DNA of 63,963 nucleotides, filler included, from Lenisia limosa (lineage: Eukaryota; Protista; Breviatea), in NCBI GenBank assembly GCA_001655205.1. It is 15 parts of 15 records of this genome, joined end to end, with 100 filler letters (N's around TTAATTAATTAA, not from the genome) between each part and the next. Parts side by side here need not be neighbours in the genome. Positions count along the whole stretch, not along the records: positions 26,393 to 35,901 come from LPNZ01009016.1; positions 36,002 to 37,900 come from LPNZ01007869.1; positions 38,001 to 42,516 come from LPNZ01011132.1; positions 42,617 to 58,561 come from LPNZ01011223.1; 11 more parts are not named here. One strand, 5' to 3'. The notes beneath the pieces were generated by a model that made no database searches, was not told where the DNA came from, and worked only from the letters and a program-made list of their open reading frames with translations. The position numbers and the translations under genes were made by a program. Shown here in pieces: positions 33,401-45,306 of the stretch; position 1 is the first letter of the stretch, and each line of letters begins with the position of its first letter.

Positions 33401-35860
33401 NNNNNNNNNNNNNNNNNNNNNNNNNNNNNNNNNNNNNNNNNNNNNNNNNNNNNNNNNNNTGCAAACAGTGTTATTAAAGAGCCAGATTCCATAACGGGCG
33501 TCTCTCAACTGCATGGTCATTGACATGGACAATTTGGTGGTGATTTCCCATCACACTGAATATTCCGTGTTACATCTATCCCCTTCCTCCAAACCTTCGC
33601 GTCTTCATTTGTGATCATTGTCTAAAAATATCATTAAAATAAACTTCATTCAACAATTTGCGTAGTATCATATGTACATTCATAGAAAAAATATGATGGT
33701 ATTATAAGTGGGAAAATTTCCCAAAAAATTTGACTAAAGAAGAAAAATATAATAAAATATATAATGCAAATGCTTTAATTTAATCAAATCATGGAAAATA
33801 TACATGTTCTTACATCCTACACCCTTGCATACTTCATAACACTTCTGTGTGGTCATTGCACCAGAGAGGAAGTAGAACATCAAATAAGGTAGAAGATGTT
33901 GTGGCGTCTCAAGAACGGCTTCGAAGCCTTGCTTGTATCGTGCAGCCTGGTCAAATGAGATTATTCGTTTGGCAATAATATCATCTTGTTGTGGACAAGA
34001 AATGTTTCAAACAGCCGCCCACAACACCACGGTTATATAGACTACAAAAACAGAACAGCAATGTGATAAGTTAAGCTACACTAATCATAATCAGGTTTCT
34101 GAGAGACCTATAGACACATTGGACAAAAACAAGATGGTCATTGAGCCCCCTCCCCCAAACCTTGAGCATGATAGTTTCGATCGCAAGGGTTTGGAGTGTC
34201 GGAGGGCCGGACCCATGTGTTGGAAGCTGAAACAACAATAAACTGGGGAAAGGAAGGAACTTAGGAATGAATGCCGGTTTCAATGCATTTTACTATTTAC
34301 CTCCTTCCCACATGGGCAATCCCCTTGAACTTCTCCACGATCTCAGACATGGGAGTGTTATTGGAAGAGGTCAGGCTGGCGACCTCAATGAAGAGTAACA
34401 GGGCTAGGGCAAAGGCAGTTGTGGGGTGCTTCACAAAGTTGAGGTACTGAGGAGGTTATGTTTGTTTTTAATGCATCTTTTTTTGAAAAAAAAAAAAAGG
34501 AAAATATACAGATAAAAAAAAACCTCCTATTCATATAATCCATTCATACATTTTGTTGGCTAAAGAGGAAGTCTCCGATAATGGGGTTGATATTGGATGG
34601 CTTTGACGCGGTAATGAAGTCGGAAAACAACTTGGAAACAGGAATGGATGGCCTGCTGGTGTGATAGGGTTGATTGAGCGAAATAATAATATCATATTAA
34701 ACATCAATACAGTGTATATAATTTTCCAAATAAATAAATATGGTTCTATCAATAAATAGCCCAAAAACAGAACTCCCGTACTTGCTTGGGCCATACATAT
34801 CAGGAGACATCGACATAGACAGTCCGGAACGTGATGAAAAGGGTGAAGAAGAACTGGGATGTGAGCAAAAAAGCACCAAATACTGTTGTCTACAATCAAT
34901 ACCCTCCATTGAACCGACTTTGTAAAGTGCGAGTAAGGTGAAGGGGCGACCCGAGCACGTGGTGGCATCTGTGGCTATCAAGGGGTTATGTAGGATAGTA
35001 TACCAGCATAAGAGCACTCAATAATAACCCATTCAAACCGCTGCGACGACACTGTATGTTGCTTGGTCGCCAAGACTTAAACAGTCAATTTCGGACGCCA
35101 GCGACATGGCTGTCTTGACTCTGCTTTGCAGGGCTGCCAGGCAACCTGACTGGTGCGGGGTGAGGTGAGGTGAGGAATGGAATGCATGGAATTGGACCAT
35201 TTATAATCAAATTGCGATGTTTGATCTCAAACAAGTGCGGGCAAATAGTGGCAAATAGCTAGAATAGCAACATAACACCCCATACCGCAATTCCCTTTTG
35301 AGCTTCATCACTATTGAGAACAGCGTAGTAGTACGAACAAATGGGCGAAAGCATGTTGGCGCTTATCTGAGAAATAAGCTACTTTCTCAAACTTTCTCGG
35401 GAATAAATGATTCATTAAATAAGTCCCTTGGAGCGAGAAATCCATATTCTTTGTCACGAAAGGCACCCACGGATGTCAAAACGGAGGAAGGGGTGAAAGA
35501 CGTGTGGCTTTGAAGATTGAGGACTTGAATGGGGCTGTGGTTGTGAGTATATTGTCTAAGTATTTTATGATATACTGTGTGTTTGTACACAATGACACGG
35601 ATACTTCAAAATCAAATAGGATTGAGAGGACACTCTGATATTTATTAGCCAAAACACAAATCAAGAAAACAAATTGTTTTGCTGGAAAAACGTTGCAATA
35701 GAGAAAGCAGATAAAACCACCTTTCACAGCCCTACTCCCATCACCCACTTCAAAGAGCAATAAGGGGCGAAGAAGGCAAGGTGATCCAAGGTGAAGGCGG
35801 TGCGGGAGTATGAGAAAGGATCGATCAGCAGCTCTAATCCGAAGTCTGGACGGCCAGGTT
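30490..35860 (-). CDS. Large unidentified multi-exon protein (roughly 20 exons), partial
   Basis: Many minus-strand GT-AG exons, e.g. HLEDWKSLYPDQNLDYVFDQVNTTE, WSETKLYRSYLEFLGESGRHLIPQHL, TYIAQNNETDVGVEILHAFYRNHVFL, PQLVKHPTTAFALALLLFIEVASL. Not assembled end to end. Confidence 0.55.
32356..32454. mobile_element. hAT MITE family A copy
   Basis: TTGGGCTTCACTTCGGTTCG...CCGAAGTGAAGCCAA; near-consensus core. Confidence 0.85.
33103..33189. mobile_element. hAT MITE subfamily A2 copy
   Basis: Flanks GCAATAAA / GCAATAGA (7/8). Confidence 0.85.
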
Positions 35861-36339
35861 GCTGGGGGAGGGGTGAATACTATTTTGGTGTAGGGAGGGG
35901 GNNNNNNNNNNNNNNNNNNNNNNNNNNNNNNNNNNNNNNNNNNNNTTAATTAATTAANNNNNNNNNNNNNNNNNNNNNNNNNNNNNNNNNNNNNNNNNNN
36001 NGCATCATGACCTATCACTTGGGCTTCACTTCGGTTCGAAAAAGACCGTCTAAGTCACTTCTCAGCGCTCATACACTTTACCCCGTCTCACCCCTCAGGA
36101 TGGCCAGAGCGCTGCAATCGTCGGTGAAACTCTCGACAGTAGGCGGAGGGCCTATCTTTGATTCGTGCCTTGTTTTGATGCTTTCGATTTTTCTTTCTTA
36201 TTAGAACTTCACTCTGGTCTGAAAAAGACCGGAAAAAAATTGAAAAAGATAAAAAAAATTGAAAAGGATAGAAAAAGACCGGGAAAGACCTTTTATTGTA
36301 TCGTGGACTAATTAATCATGAGACTCTGCTCACTTTCTT

Positions 36340-37370
36340 AGGCATGATGAAGGGCAAACGCTACAACGAAGACCGCCTTGTTATTGACCTCATCTGCACC
36401 CTCTACTCGGCCTGCTATGAACTGTGTGCTGCGTTTTGAGACGTTATTACAAAATAAACCATCAACAACACAATTTCTGAGAGCAAAATACTGTCAACAG
36501 GAAACAGAAACATATTAATTCCCGTTGTTGTCAGCAGTTTCTGACCCTTGTTTTAGTGGCCAAGACACAATTGAGCTGATCAAGAAATACATTCAAATCC
36601 CCTTCTTCAAGGTCAGTGTTGACCACTGTCTTACAATATTCATCATCGAAATTGTCCAATTTTACCCCCCCCCCCCCNNNNNNNNNNNNNNNNNNNNNNN
36701 NNNNNNNNNNNNNNNNNNNNNNNNNNNNNNNNNNNNNNNNNNNNNNNNNNNNNNNNNNNNNNNNNNNNNNNNNNNNNNNNNNNNNNNNNNNNNNNNNNNN
36801 NNNNNNNNNNNNNNNNNNNNNNNNNNNNNNNNNNNNNNNNNAGAGTTTGGGAGCAACAGAAGATCGAGACTGAGTTCGGCGTGTTTGTGGGGTCTGGTGG
36901 AATTACCTATACTTAGGGCCTCCCTACGGTCCGAAAAAGACCTTTGAAATATCGATTTATCGAGGATTTATAGAGAGATTCGGTCTTTTTTGAGACCGTA
37001 TGGAAGCCCTACGTACATGTTTACTACAACTTCCNNNNNNNNNNNNNNNNNNNNNNNNNNNNNNNNNNNNNNNNNNNNNNNNNNNNNNNNNNNNNNNNNN
37101 NNNNNNNNNNNNNNNNNNNNNNNNNNNNNNNNNNNNNNNNNNNNNNNNNNNNNNNNNNNNNNNNNNNNNNNNNNNNNNNNNNNNNNNNNNNNNNNNNNNN
37201 NNNNNNNNNNNNNNNNNNTAATATTTTACCTGTCCTCCGCCCTTTTTCACCCTCCACCAGGATCCTCTTCGCCTTCTACTCCATGGACCTTACGACCGAA
37301 GACCCCCTCCTCCTCTTCAGGAAGGAGGGATTATCTGATCTCAAGAACAAGGCTATGGAACAGGTTCGTG
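36340..37370 (+). CDS. Internal exons of a helical unidentified protein
   Basis: GMMKGKRYNEDRLVIDLICTLYSACYEL, VSDPCFSGQDTIELIKKYIQIPFFK, ILFAFYSMDLTTEDPLLLFRKEGLSDLKNKAMEQ. Confidence 0.6.
36914..37011. mobile_element. hAT MITE subfamily A2 copy
   Basis: TAGGGCCTCCCTACGGTCCG...GAGACCGTATGGAAGCCCTA. Further partial family A copies lie at 36019-36050, 38959-39023 and 39662-39751. Confidence 0.8.
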
Positions 37371-39039
37371 AAGATTTTGGAAGCATTGTGTGATATAAAT
37401 TTTTGTTATTCGCATTTCAAATAGGATTTTGCACTAAAAGATTTAACCCCGTTTTCTATCTTTATGCCTTAAATTTCCTTCTTTTAGCCCCAGTTTACCT
37501 CTTTATTGTGTTATTTTCAAACTCGTGTTGTTTGCGCAAATATTCTTCATCAAACTATTAATTCAAAAACAGTATTTTACTCTCCCCCCCCCCCCCCCNN
37601 NNNNNNNNNNNNNNNNNNNNNNNNNNNNNNNNNNNNNNNNNNNNNNNNNNNNNNNNNNNNNNNNNNNNNNNNNNNNNNNNNNNNNNNNNNNNNNNNNNNN
37701 NNGAATCCGACGGCTCTGACTCCGACTAAACGGTTCGGGGGAGGGGGAGTAAACGGTTGATATTTTGAGATTGTGGTGTTAGTATGGGTGTAGGAGGAAG
37801 GGGTTGAGTTCAAACATGGGCGTCACTTAGATGTTCGTCCCAATTTCCATTTCCTCTCCTCCTTCTCACCTCAGCAGATTATGGCAACATGGGACGAAGT
37901 NNNNNNNNNNNNNNNNNNNNNNNNNNNNNNNNNNNNNNNNNNNNTTAATTAATTAANNNNNNNNNNNNNNNNNNNNNNNNNNNNNNNNNNNNNNNNNNNN
38001 GTTGATTCTGGGCTTTTTTTATTATTTTTTCATAAATTTTCAAATTTTAACCCCCCCCCCCAGATTGTTTCCCAGATGCGTGTTGTCTCAGCTTTCCGTC
38101 GCATCCATCGTGCTGATGAGTCTTTCTACGACTCGTGTTAGTTCCCCCTTGTACAATAAATACATCATACATAGTAGTTCATTCGGTGGTTCTCTTCTTC
38201 TTCACTTGATCAACCTAATACTCATGCAGAGGGCTCCGTGCAATTATTGGGGAAATAATTTCAAAATTTGAAGTGGGTCATATTGTAACGAGAAATTGAT
38301 ACCACACGTTATTTTCTAAATATTTGCACTAAGCCCTGCTTCAGCACAACAAACATTTGTGTCATTCTTTCTCCGGAGAGAAGCACCCCCAGTAACATGA
38401 GTGACAATGGGCAAAAGACAGAAAAACTTTCAAGGCGAAATGATGAACGAAGATAACATTACATCCCTTCAACCTTATTTTCCATTTCTCATTGCAACAT
38501 ATCATATTATTTAAGACGTCCTTATATCACATAATCCAGAGTAACAGATTTACTATGACATCTTCAACTCAAGGGGTCCGTTTCAGCTTGAAGCTGCTGC
38601 ACTCTTGGCAGTTGGAGGATTCAGTGCGGTGATATGTAGTCAAAAACACTTGGAAACTCGCTGCTGCTAAGGTCGAGTAAAAACAGATGACCATCACGAA
38701 TCCAATCTGAAACTCCGAACAAGTTTTTAAAAAAAAACTTGTTCGGAGTTTCAGATTGGGGGGGGGGGGGTTNNNNNNNNNNNNNNNNNNNNNNNNNNNN
38801 NNNNNNNNNNNNNNNNNNNNNNNNNNNNNNNNNNNNNNNNNNNNNNNNNNNNNNNNNNNNNNNNNNNNNNNNNNNNNNNNNNNNNNNNNNNNNNNNNNNN
38901 NNNNNNNNNNNNNNNNNNNNNNNNNNNNNNNNNNNNNNNNNNNNNNNNNNNNNNNNNNGTATCGATAATGTTCGAAGATTTATTTAGAAATTCAGTCTTT
39001 ATTCGAACCGAAGTGAAGTCCAAGTAGTCATACCTTTTC

Positions 39040-41373
39040 ACAACACAGAAAACAGACAAGCTGTCCCAAGACGAACTACGCTCAGGCGCGCCATCGACAT
39101 AAACCGTTTCCCGCAGATCATCAATATCACTGTTGATTTCCTTGACAATAAGGATGGATACGACGCAAAAAAAAAGAAATCACTGTTGTATGTTGTTTTT
39201 TTGTTTGACCCTCTTACTGCCCATTTTCTCGAGAAGAGAGTAAACTCAACTAACCTTTATTGAAAGGCCAAGGTAATCACACAACGTTATCACAGGCAAT
39301 GTCTCCCTAAAAAATTACATCATATATATAATATACTATATCGATATAGCATGAGAAAAAAAAAACAAGTGTGTATCTGGCCGAAGCCACGCTGATCATA
39401 CATACTATCTAGAGATGAGAACTAAAAATATGTTGCATCTGGCTAATAATTACAACTTTGTGCACACAGCTTTCTGCGTAGTACGTAATACTTATTTTGT
39501 GCCATAGAACGATCTTATTTTATCATTGTACCATCGCCACCCGCCAACCCTCGATCTTGATGGATAATTACGGCGAAATTTGTCGGAGTTAATAGCTGGG
39601 CTAAAGCCTCAAAGAAGTCTGGGTAGTCTGAAATGTTAATGGGGTGAAGGTATATATATATCTTCACTTCGGTTCGAAAAAACAAATTTGTCAATAAATC
39701 CTCGAAAACTATCGATAAAAAAATTTGGTCCTTTTCAGATCAGAGTGAAACACAATGTAGGTTGCAAAATGTTAACAATGTCAAATAAGACTTATTCTCT
39801 AAAAGAAAATTTCTGGCATCAAACCACCCAACAAACATGTCGAGTCGAAAGTACAATCAGCAGCAACAACAACATCGAAGGTCTCCGTTGTTTGTGTGCA
39901 GCCCCACGTGAGCTCCGAACTCTGAATGGAATGCGTTATTTAACTATACTGTAAAATATACTATAGAGATGAGAACTGAAAAAAGGTTGTATCTGGCGGA
40001 AAACGTAATTAAGAATATCAATGCTGTAGCTAGATATAAAATTAATGTTAGGCCAATATTTGAAATTTGTCGACTGTAGTCATGTTAAAAAAATTTTTCT
40101 TAGAAATGAGAACATGGTATAACACTATCACGCTTTTTGGATCATGGTATAACAGTCCAACAAATCAGCTGTTTGATGTGCCCCAATACCTTGAGGTTGT
40201 CAAAGTGGAACTGAGAGAAGTACTGATAGACACTGGCCATGCTTGCGGCTCGGTCTGTTGCCAGCACCTCGGCTGCCCCCAGATGGACGGAGAGAATGGA
40301 TGGTAGTGCGGTTCCACAGCCAAGCTGAATAATTAGGGCTTCACTTCGGTTCGAAAAATGACTGAATTTCTCGATAAATTCTCGAAAACTATCGATATTT
40401 TAACGGTCTTTCTCGAAACGAAGTGAGGCCCTATGAATAATAAAGAATATGAGCAGTCAAAATTAAAAATACAAAATAATCGGATTGAATCGGTTTTAGT
40501 GCCTGTAGCAAAATTGTAGTGGGTGGGATATTAAGATAATAACAGTAGCAGACGGGGTGGGAGCAAACCTCAATCACTCTTTTGTTCTGAATCAGCTGGC
40601 GATTTTGATATAATAGAGCTGCTAAGGCGAGGGACGATGGCCAAATGTGACTCGAGTAGTCAGTACCACAGGTCTGGGCTGTAAGATACTTTGGACTTCA
40701 CTTCGGTTCGAAAAAGACCAGATTTATCAAGAAATTAAGTCAGTTTTCAACAGAAGTAAAGCCCTAGTTGTGGTTTTTGACCCGCGCAGACAAAACCAAA
40801 ACCGCAAACAAAAGGGGGTAAGTTACAGCGAAAAATCCGCGAAATAGTTTTACGCGACATGTCAGATATTATCGTTTTCCCCAAAAGCATAAAGTTAATT
40901 CTGTGTTCTTCTGAACAAGAAAAGCGTTTTTGAAGGCTTGAAGGTTCAACAATATAACACTATAAGAACATGACCCCAAAGCTACTCAAAGAGTTTGAAC
41001 ACGCCCCCTCCCCAGCCAGCACTCTCAAGTTTATCCGTTGATAATGGAAAATTTAACAGGAGATCTTTTCTACAATCCTTGAATAAACAAACATGATACA
41101 TGGCCAGACGATCGTATCACAAGTGGATGTGAAACATGTCCCCCCCCCCCCATATTCTAAAATTAACTTTATTCACTTCAATATAAACTGTAACAAAAAA
41201 ATATTAATTATAGCTGTCAAACTGAAAAGAATGAGACATAGTATTCCGATTTTCCTGCCAGGGCAGTTGAAACAATTCTTGGTAACCCTTTGGCCTACCA
41301 TAGAAAGAGAGAACTCAATATCTTCAATCGCTTCATCATTGAGAAAGGTGACAGTGGCTGACGTTGTTGTCAT
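39040..41373 (-). CDS. Class I SAM-dependent protein methyltransferase, family 16 (METTL23/METTL21-like)
   Basis: Spliced motifs SHIWPSSLALAALLYQNRQLIQNKRVIE|LGCGTALPSILSVHLGAAEVLATD ... ELTWG...FDVVVAADCTF ... DFFEALAQLL. The 3' end is uncertain. Confidence 0.85.
40334..40433. mobile_element. hAT MITE family A, reference copy (100 bp)
   Basis: Exact 8-bp TSD TGAATAAT on both sides. An internally deleted copy lies at 40691-40766. Confidence 0.92.
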
Positions 41374-42243
41374 AAGGGGGGGGGTAGGAGTAGGGGGTCT
41401 TTTGCGTGTACTATCGTTTATACTGGTGTATACTGGGTGTATATTTCGTGTATAGGTGTATATGCTGTGTATATGCCTAAACTTATTAGTGAGGGCGGGG
41501 GATTCATTGGATTCTGTTATTTTAGTAAAAAAACTCGTAATTTTAACTAGGTCAACTTGCCATAGGGTATAACCCAGGTAACCTTTTATTTACTGAGGAG
41601 GTGACAACAGAGAGCTGGAAAAATAAATCCTGGGGAGTACAGGGAAGGTAAGTGTTTTGTTTTCTTCTCAACCAAACACCCAACTAATACAATAAGTTTA
41701 GGGTGGGCTATTGGGATTGGCATGTTGTCGGTTTGGTACTCTGTTTCAATAGAGTATTGCGGAGATGTGATAGAAAAATGACGGAATGATCAAAATTTTC
41801 AGGTTCATATTGTGGGAAGGCTTGGTTATTACAAAAACTGAGTTGATTAAATTAATTCAATGTAATGTCAAAATGGGATGAATTTACAACTGGGAGGTGA
41901 AGCACAAGGCCAAAGAAAGAGTCGGGTGAACCCCTCACTGTTGAGGAACGAATAGCAACAACTGAGCCTCGATTCTAAGAGATATCCACTATTTTCAGGA
42001 ATCCCCTCCCCCCGTCTCTCTCCACATGTACAGTTGACCCTCCCCAGACGACAGTTAACACATACAGGAGAAATCCAGTCAGGTAGAATTTACCTCCAGT
42101 GTGAAGGTAAACTTAATTCTCAAACGCACAGCAATCCCAGGAGGGGTAACAAGAACCTTTTAAAACTGTCAATTATAAACCTACATTTTACTATACACGC
42201 GGGGAAACCATAATAATAATATACACCTTGGCACTGGTCCAGA

Positions 42244-42360
42244 TTAGGCCTTAACAAGCGCCTCTTGAATAGCGGCGCAGCAGGCAAGCAGCTGGATGGC
42301 CTCGGAGCCGCCATCAGCAAGCCGACGGTCCGCTTCGGCGAGGGCTTTCGACGTCAAACA
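42244..42360 (-). CDS. RFC4: Replication factor C small subunit (RFC4/yeast Rfc2-like), last exon
   Basis: CLTSKALAEADRRLADGGSEAIQLLACCAAIQEALVKA* resembles the LAEvDkcLaDGadEhLQL C-terminus; 117 nt, AG acceptor. Confidence 0.7.
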   Translation of the reverse strand, partial: CLTSKALAEADRRLADGGSEAIQLLACCAAIQEALVKA

Positions 42361-42616
42361 CTGTGAGGGTAAGATATTATTTTCACCATTTCCATCTTTG
42401 TCGTATTTCCTGATATTCAAATTCATACTCTGTTTTCTATCTTTTGATAGAGATGTGAAATTCCGCGGGCGAGGGACATGAGGACAAAGAGGACGGAGAA
42501 GGTAGGGGGGGGGGGGNNNNNNNNNNNNNNNNNNNNNNNNNNNNNNNNNNNNNNNNNNNNTTAATTAATTAANNNNNNNNNNNNNNNNNNNNNNNNNNNN
42601 NNNNNNNNNNNNNNNN

Positions 42617-44912
42617 GAAAAGGGGGGCGGGGGGATACAAGTAGATCATATATTAGGTGACTCAAAGTGTCTGAGAAAAGATTACTACTCACATTCGTAA
42701 AGATCTTCAGATTCGTGGTTCACTAAGAAAGCAAAAACGTCAAGCTGAAGTGTGTGAATAACAGCAATTAGGAAAATTATTGTCAAAGAACATGACACAT
42801 ATACCCATACACTAAAGTATATTATCATTTTCATATCATATCGTTATAGTATAGTATATCATGTTTTAATCAAAAGTATAGTCTCCACAAAAAAATTCAA
42901 TAATATACAAGCGTGGCAAACCTGGAATGGTTCCGAGCCAGATAAGGATGAAACCGAAAAGGTGTCTCCAGCAGCAAGGGGAACAACCTGGGGGGGTCAA
43001 GTCAAGGGATGTTTAAGTCATGTAACGCAGCTAATACTCAAATTCTGAAATAGTATTTTGTGAACGTGACAATTACTTTCAATCCGGAAGATACCAAGAT
43101 GTACATACGATTTCGCCTGAAATGACAAGGTTCTCAGTGTGGTCAGAGATTTCCCCAAGAACAAGNNNNNNNNNNNNNNNNNNNNNNNNNNNNNNNNNNN
43201 NNNNNNNNNNNNNNNNNNNNNNNNNNNNNNNNNNNNNNNNNNNNNNNNNNNNNNNNNNNNNNNNNNNNNNNNNNNNNNNNNNNNNNNNNNNNNNNNNNNN
43301 NNNNNNNNNNNNNNNNNNNNNNNNNNNNNNNNTGAGTTGATTTCAGAAAGTATCTACTAGTATATTATGTATGATATTATATCTGGATACATATAATTGT
43401 TCATACAGGGACCAGGATAAGTCCTATTTTCCTTGAGAAATCACATTGCAAATCGGTCAAGACTTATCCTGGTCACTGTCATATCTGTTCAAGATATTCA
43501 AAAACCTAAGCTCAGAAAGCATGTCTTCGAATACTATAAACAATGTTCGCCAATAGTCAAGCCCTGCCCAACGTATAGTCCAGGACAATAGAGGCGCCGA
43601 TGAGGTAGTTGCCGGCTTCGGCCACTGTGAACAGTCCCGAGGACTCGGTAAAGCCGGATTGGAGGAACTGCCCGAATCTAGAGGATAGGTAAAAGTTCGG
43701 AAGGGGTAGGGATTTCATATTTTCCACAACATAATGTATCAGAATGGTGCTTCTAGTGAATCATTGAATTATCACTTTAAAAGGATTTTGACCCTACCAT
43801 TTATTTCTCTTGTTAAAAAAACATCCATCCACTACCCCCCGGTCACCTGTTCGCAGCAAAGCTGGAGTGAACAACACGAGAACCGTCAGGAACTGTCGAG
43901 GTGGCGCCGCCGGAAAAGTAGGGCTGTGTTTCTGCAAGGATGATAGGTAGGGCTTCACTTCGGTTCGAAAAAAGACTGAAATGCTCGATAAATCCTCGAA
44001 AACTATCGATATTTTACCGGCCTTTTTCGAACCGAAGTAAAGCCCTAATGATAGGTTTGAAAAATACATAGAGTACACTAAATCATGTAATATTTGATAT
44101 CCCTCCAACCTTGCTGAGAGACTGTAGTCCAGAGTCCATTGTCACACACCAACATGCCCTTTTCTGACTTGCTACAGGCGGTGATGGTTCAAACGTATCA
44201 GTTGTGTGTTTATCAATTACAATAGGTTTGACACGGTTAACTAAACAGATACGCGAGGGATGAATGATGAGCGTTATGAACTTGAAACTCTAATCAAATG
44301 AAGCGAATAAGAGATGTAATGAATAAGGTAAACTGTGCAATTAAATTATTGTTTGCAATTTACTATTATTTTGGAAACTTTCAAAAAAGTGAATAACACA
44401 AACTATAAATTAATCGCACTAATTTACTTCCCCCAGAGTACTCAAAAAGTTAGAGGTCAATTGGACCAACAGAAGGCCTAAAACAGGCCAGGTACGGAAG
44501 CAAACCTGATCTGTCCGTTGTTTACTTCGGTGCATTTGGATACTGTTGATGATGTCACTACAACTTCCTGAAAAGTCAGAATCAACGCATTTTTTGTCAG
44601 TGCTTTGTATCAACATCAACTGATATATTATACCTCTTTTTGATGAAGTCAATTAAATTTTATCATGTTATCTGAAAAAAAAATACAAGTTACACAATAA
44701 TCCATCCTTATCTTGCCCTATCCACACGTCTATGCCGATGTCACCACGCCCAACTTTTGTGGAAAGAGTATCAACAGAGATTGAAGGGTGGTGCAGCGTC
44801 TGGTCAACGGAGACCTGGATTCCCGTACAAATGCACCTGTTGTTAAGATATAATTAATGAAATAGAAGGGGGGGACCCACGCGAAGGCAAGGAAGAAGAA
44901 GAGAGGAGTCAT
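42617..44912 (-). CDS. Secreted C1q-like domain protein, paralog 1 (3' truncated)
   Basis: Exon-for-exon homology with 45307-49844; starts MTPLFFFLAFA|CICTGIQVSVDQTLHHPS. Confidence 0.8.
43948..44047. mobile_element. hAT MITE family A copy
   Basis: Exact 8-bp TSD ATGATAGG. Confidence 0.92.
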
Positions 44913-45306
44913 TGCGCCGGAAAACCCTACGCTTCTATTATTTACAGAGTATTTTGACAACTCTATAATTATTACTGATTTTTATTATACACTGGATACG
45001 ATACTGCACTTTACCGGGGCGCCCCGGGTCTCATGAAATGAGAGGACCAATTTTCCAAGAATATACCCGCCGGCGTTGAGGGAAACTGCACTGAGAACTG
45101 AGACACTGATGATACGGAAATATAAAAGCCAAATTCCCAAATAATTCTGGAAAAAAAAAACTGCAATGCAAACTTTTCAAAGCACAACAGAAGTCCAATT
45201 GCCCAATAAGCATTTTATCATTTATATCAATATATCAGAGTCCTTCTCCGACAACAACATATAAGAGCTACATATATATATAATACGATAAACATTGACA
45301 TTGAGG

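Noticed and set aside
40334-40433. Family A as a mariner MITE with a TA target duplication
   Set aside because: The TA belongs to the TIR: 8-bp duplications lie outside it in at least eight copies, which indicates hAT.
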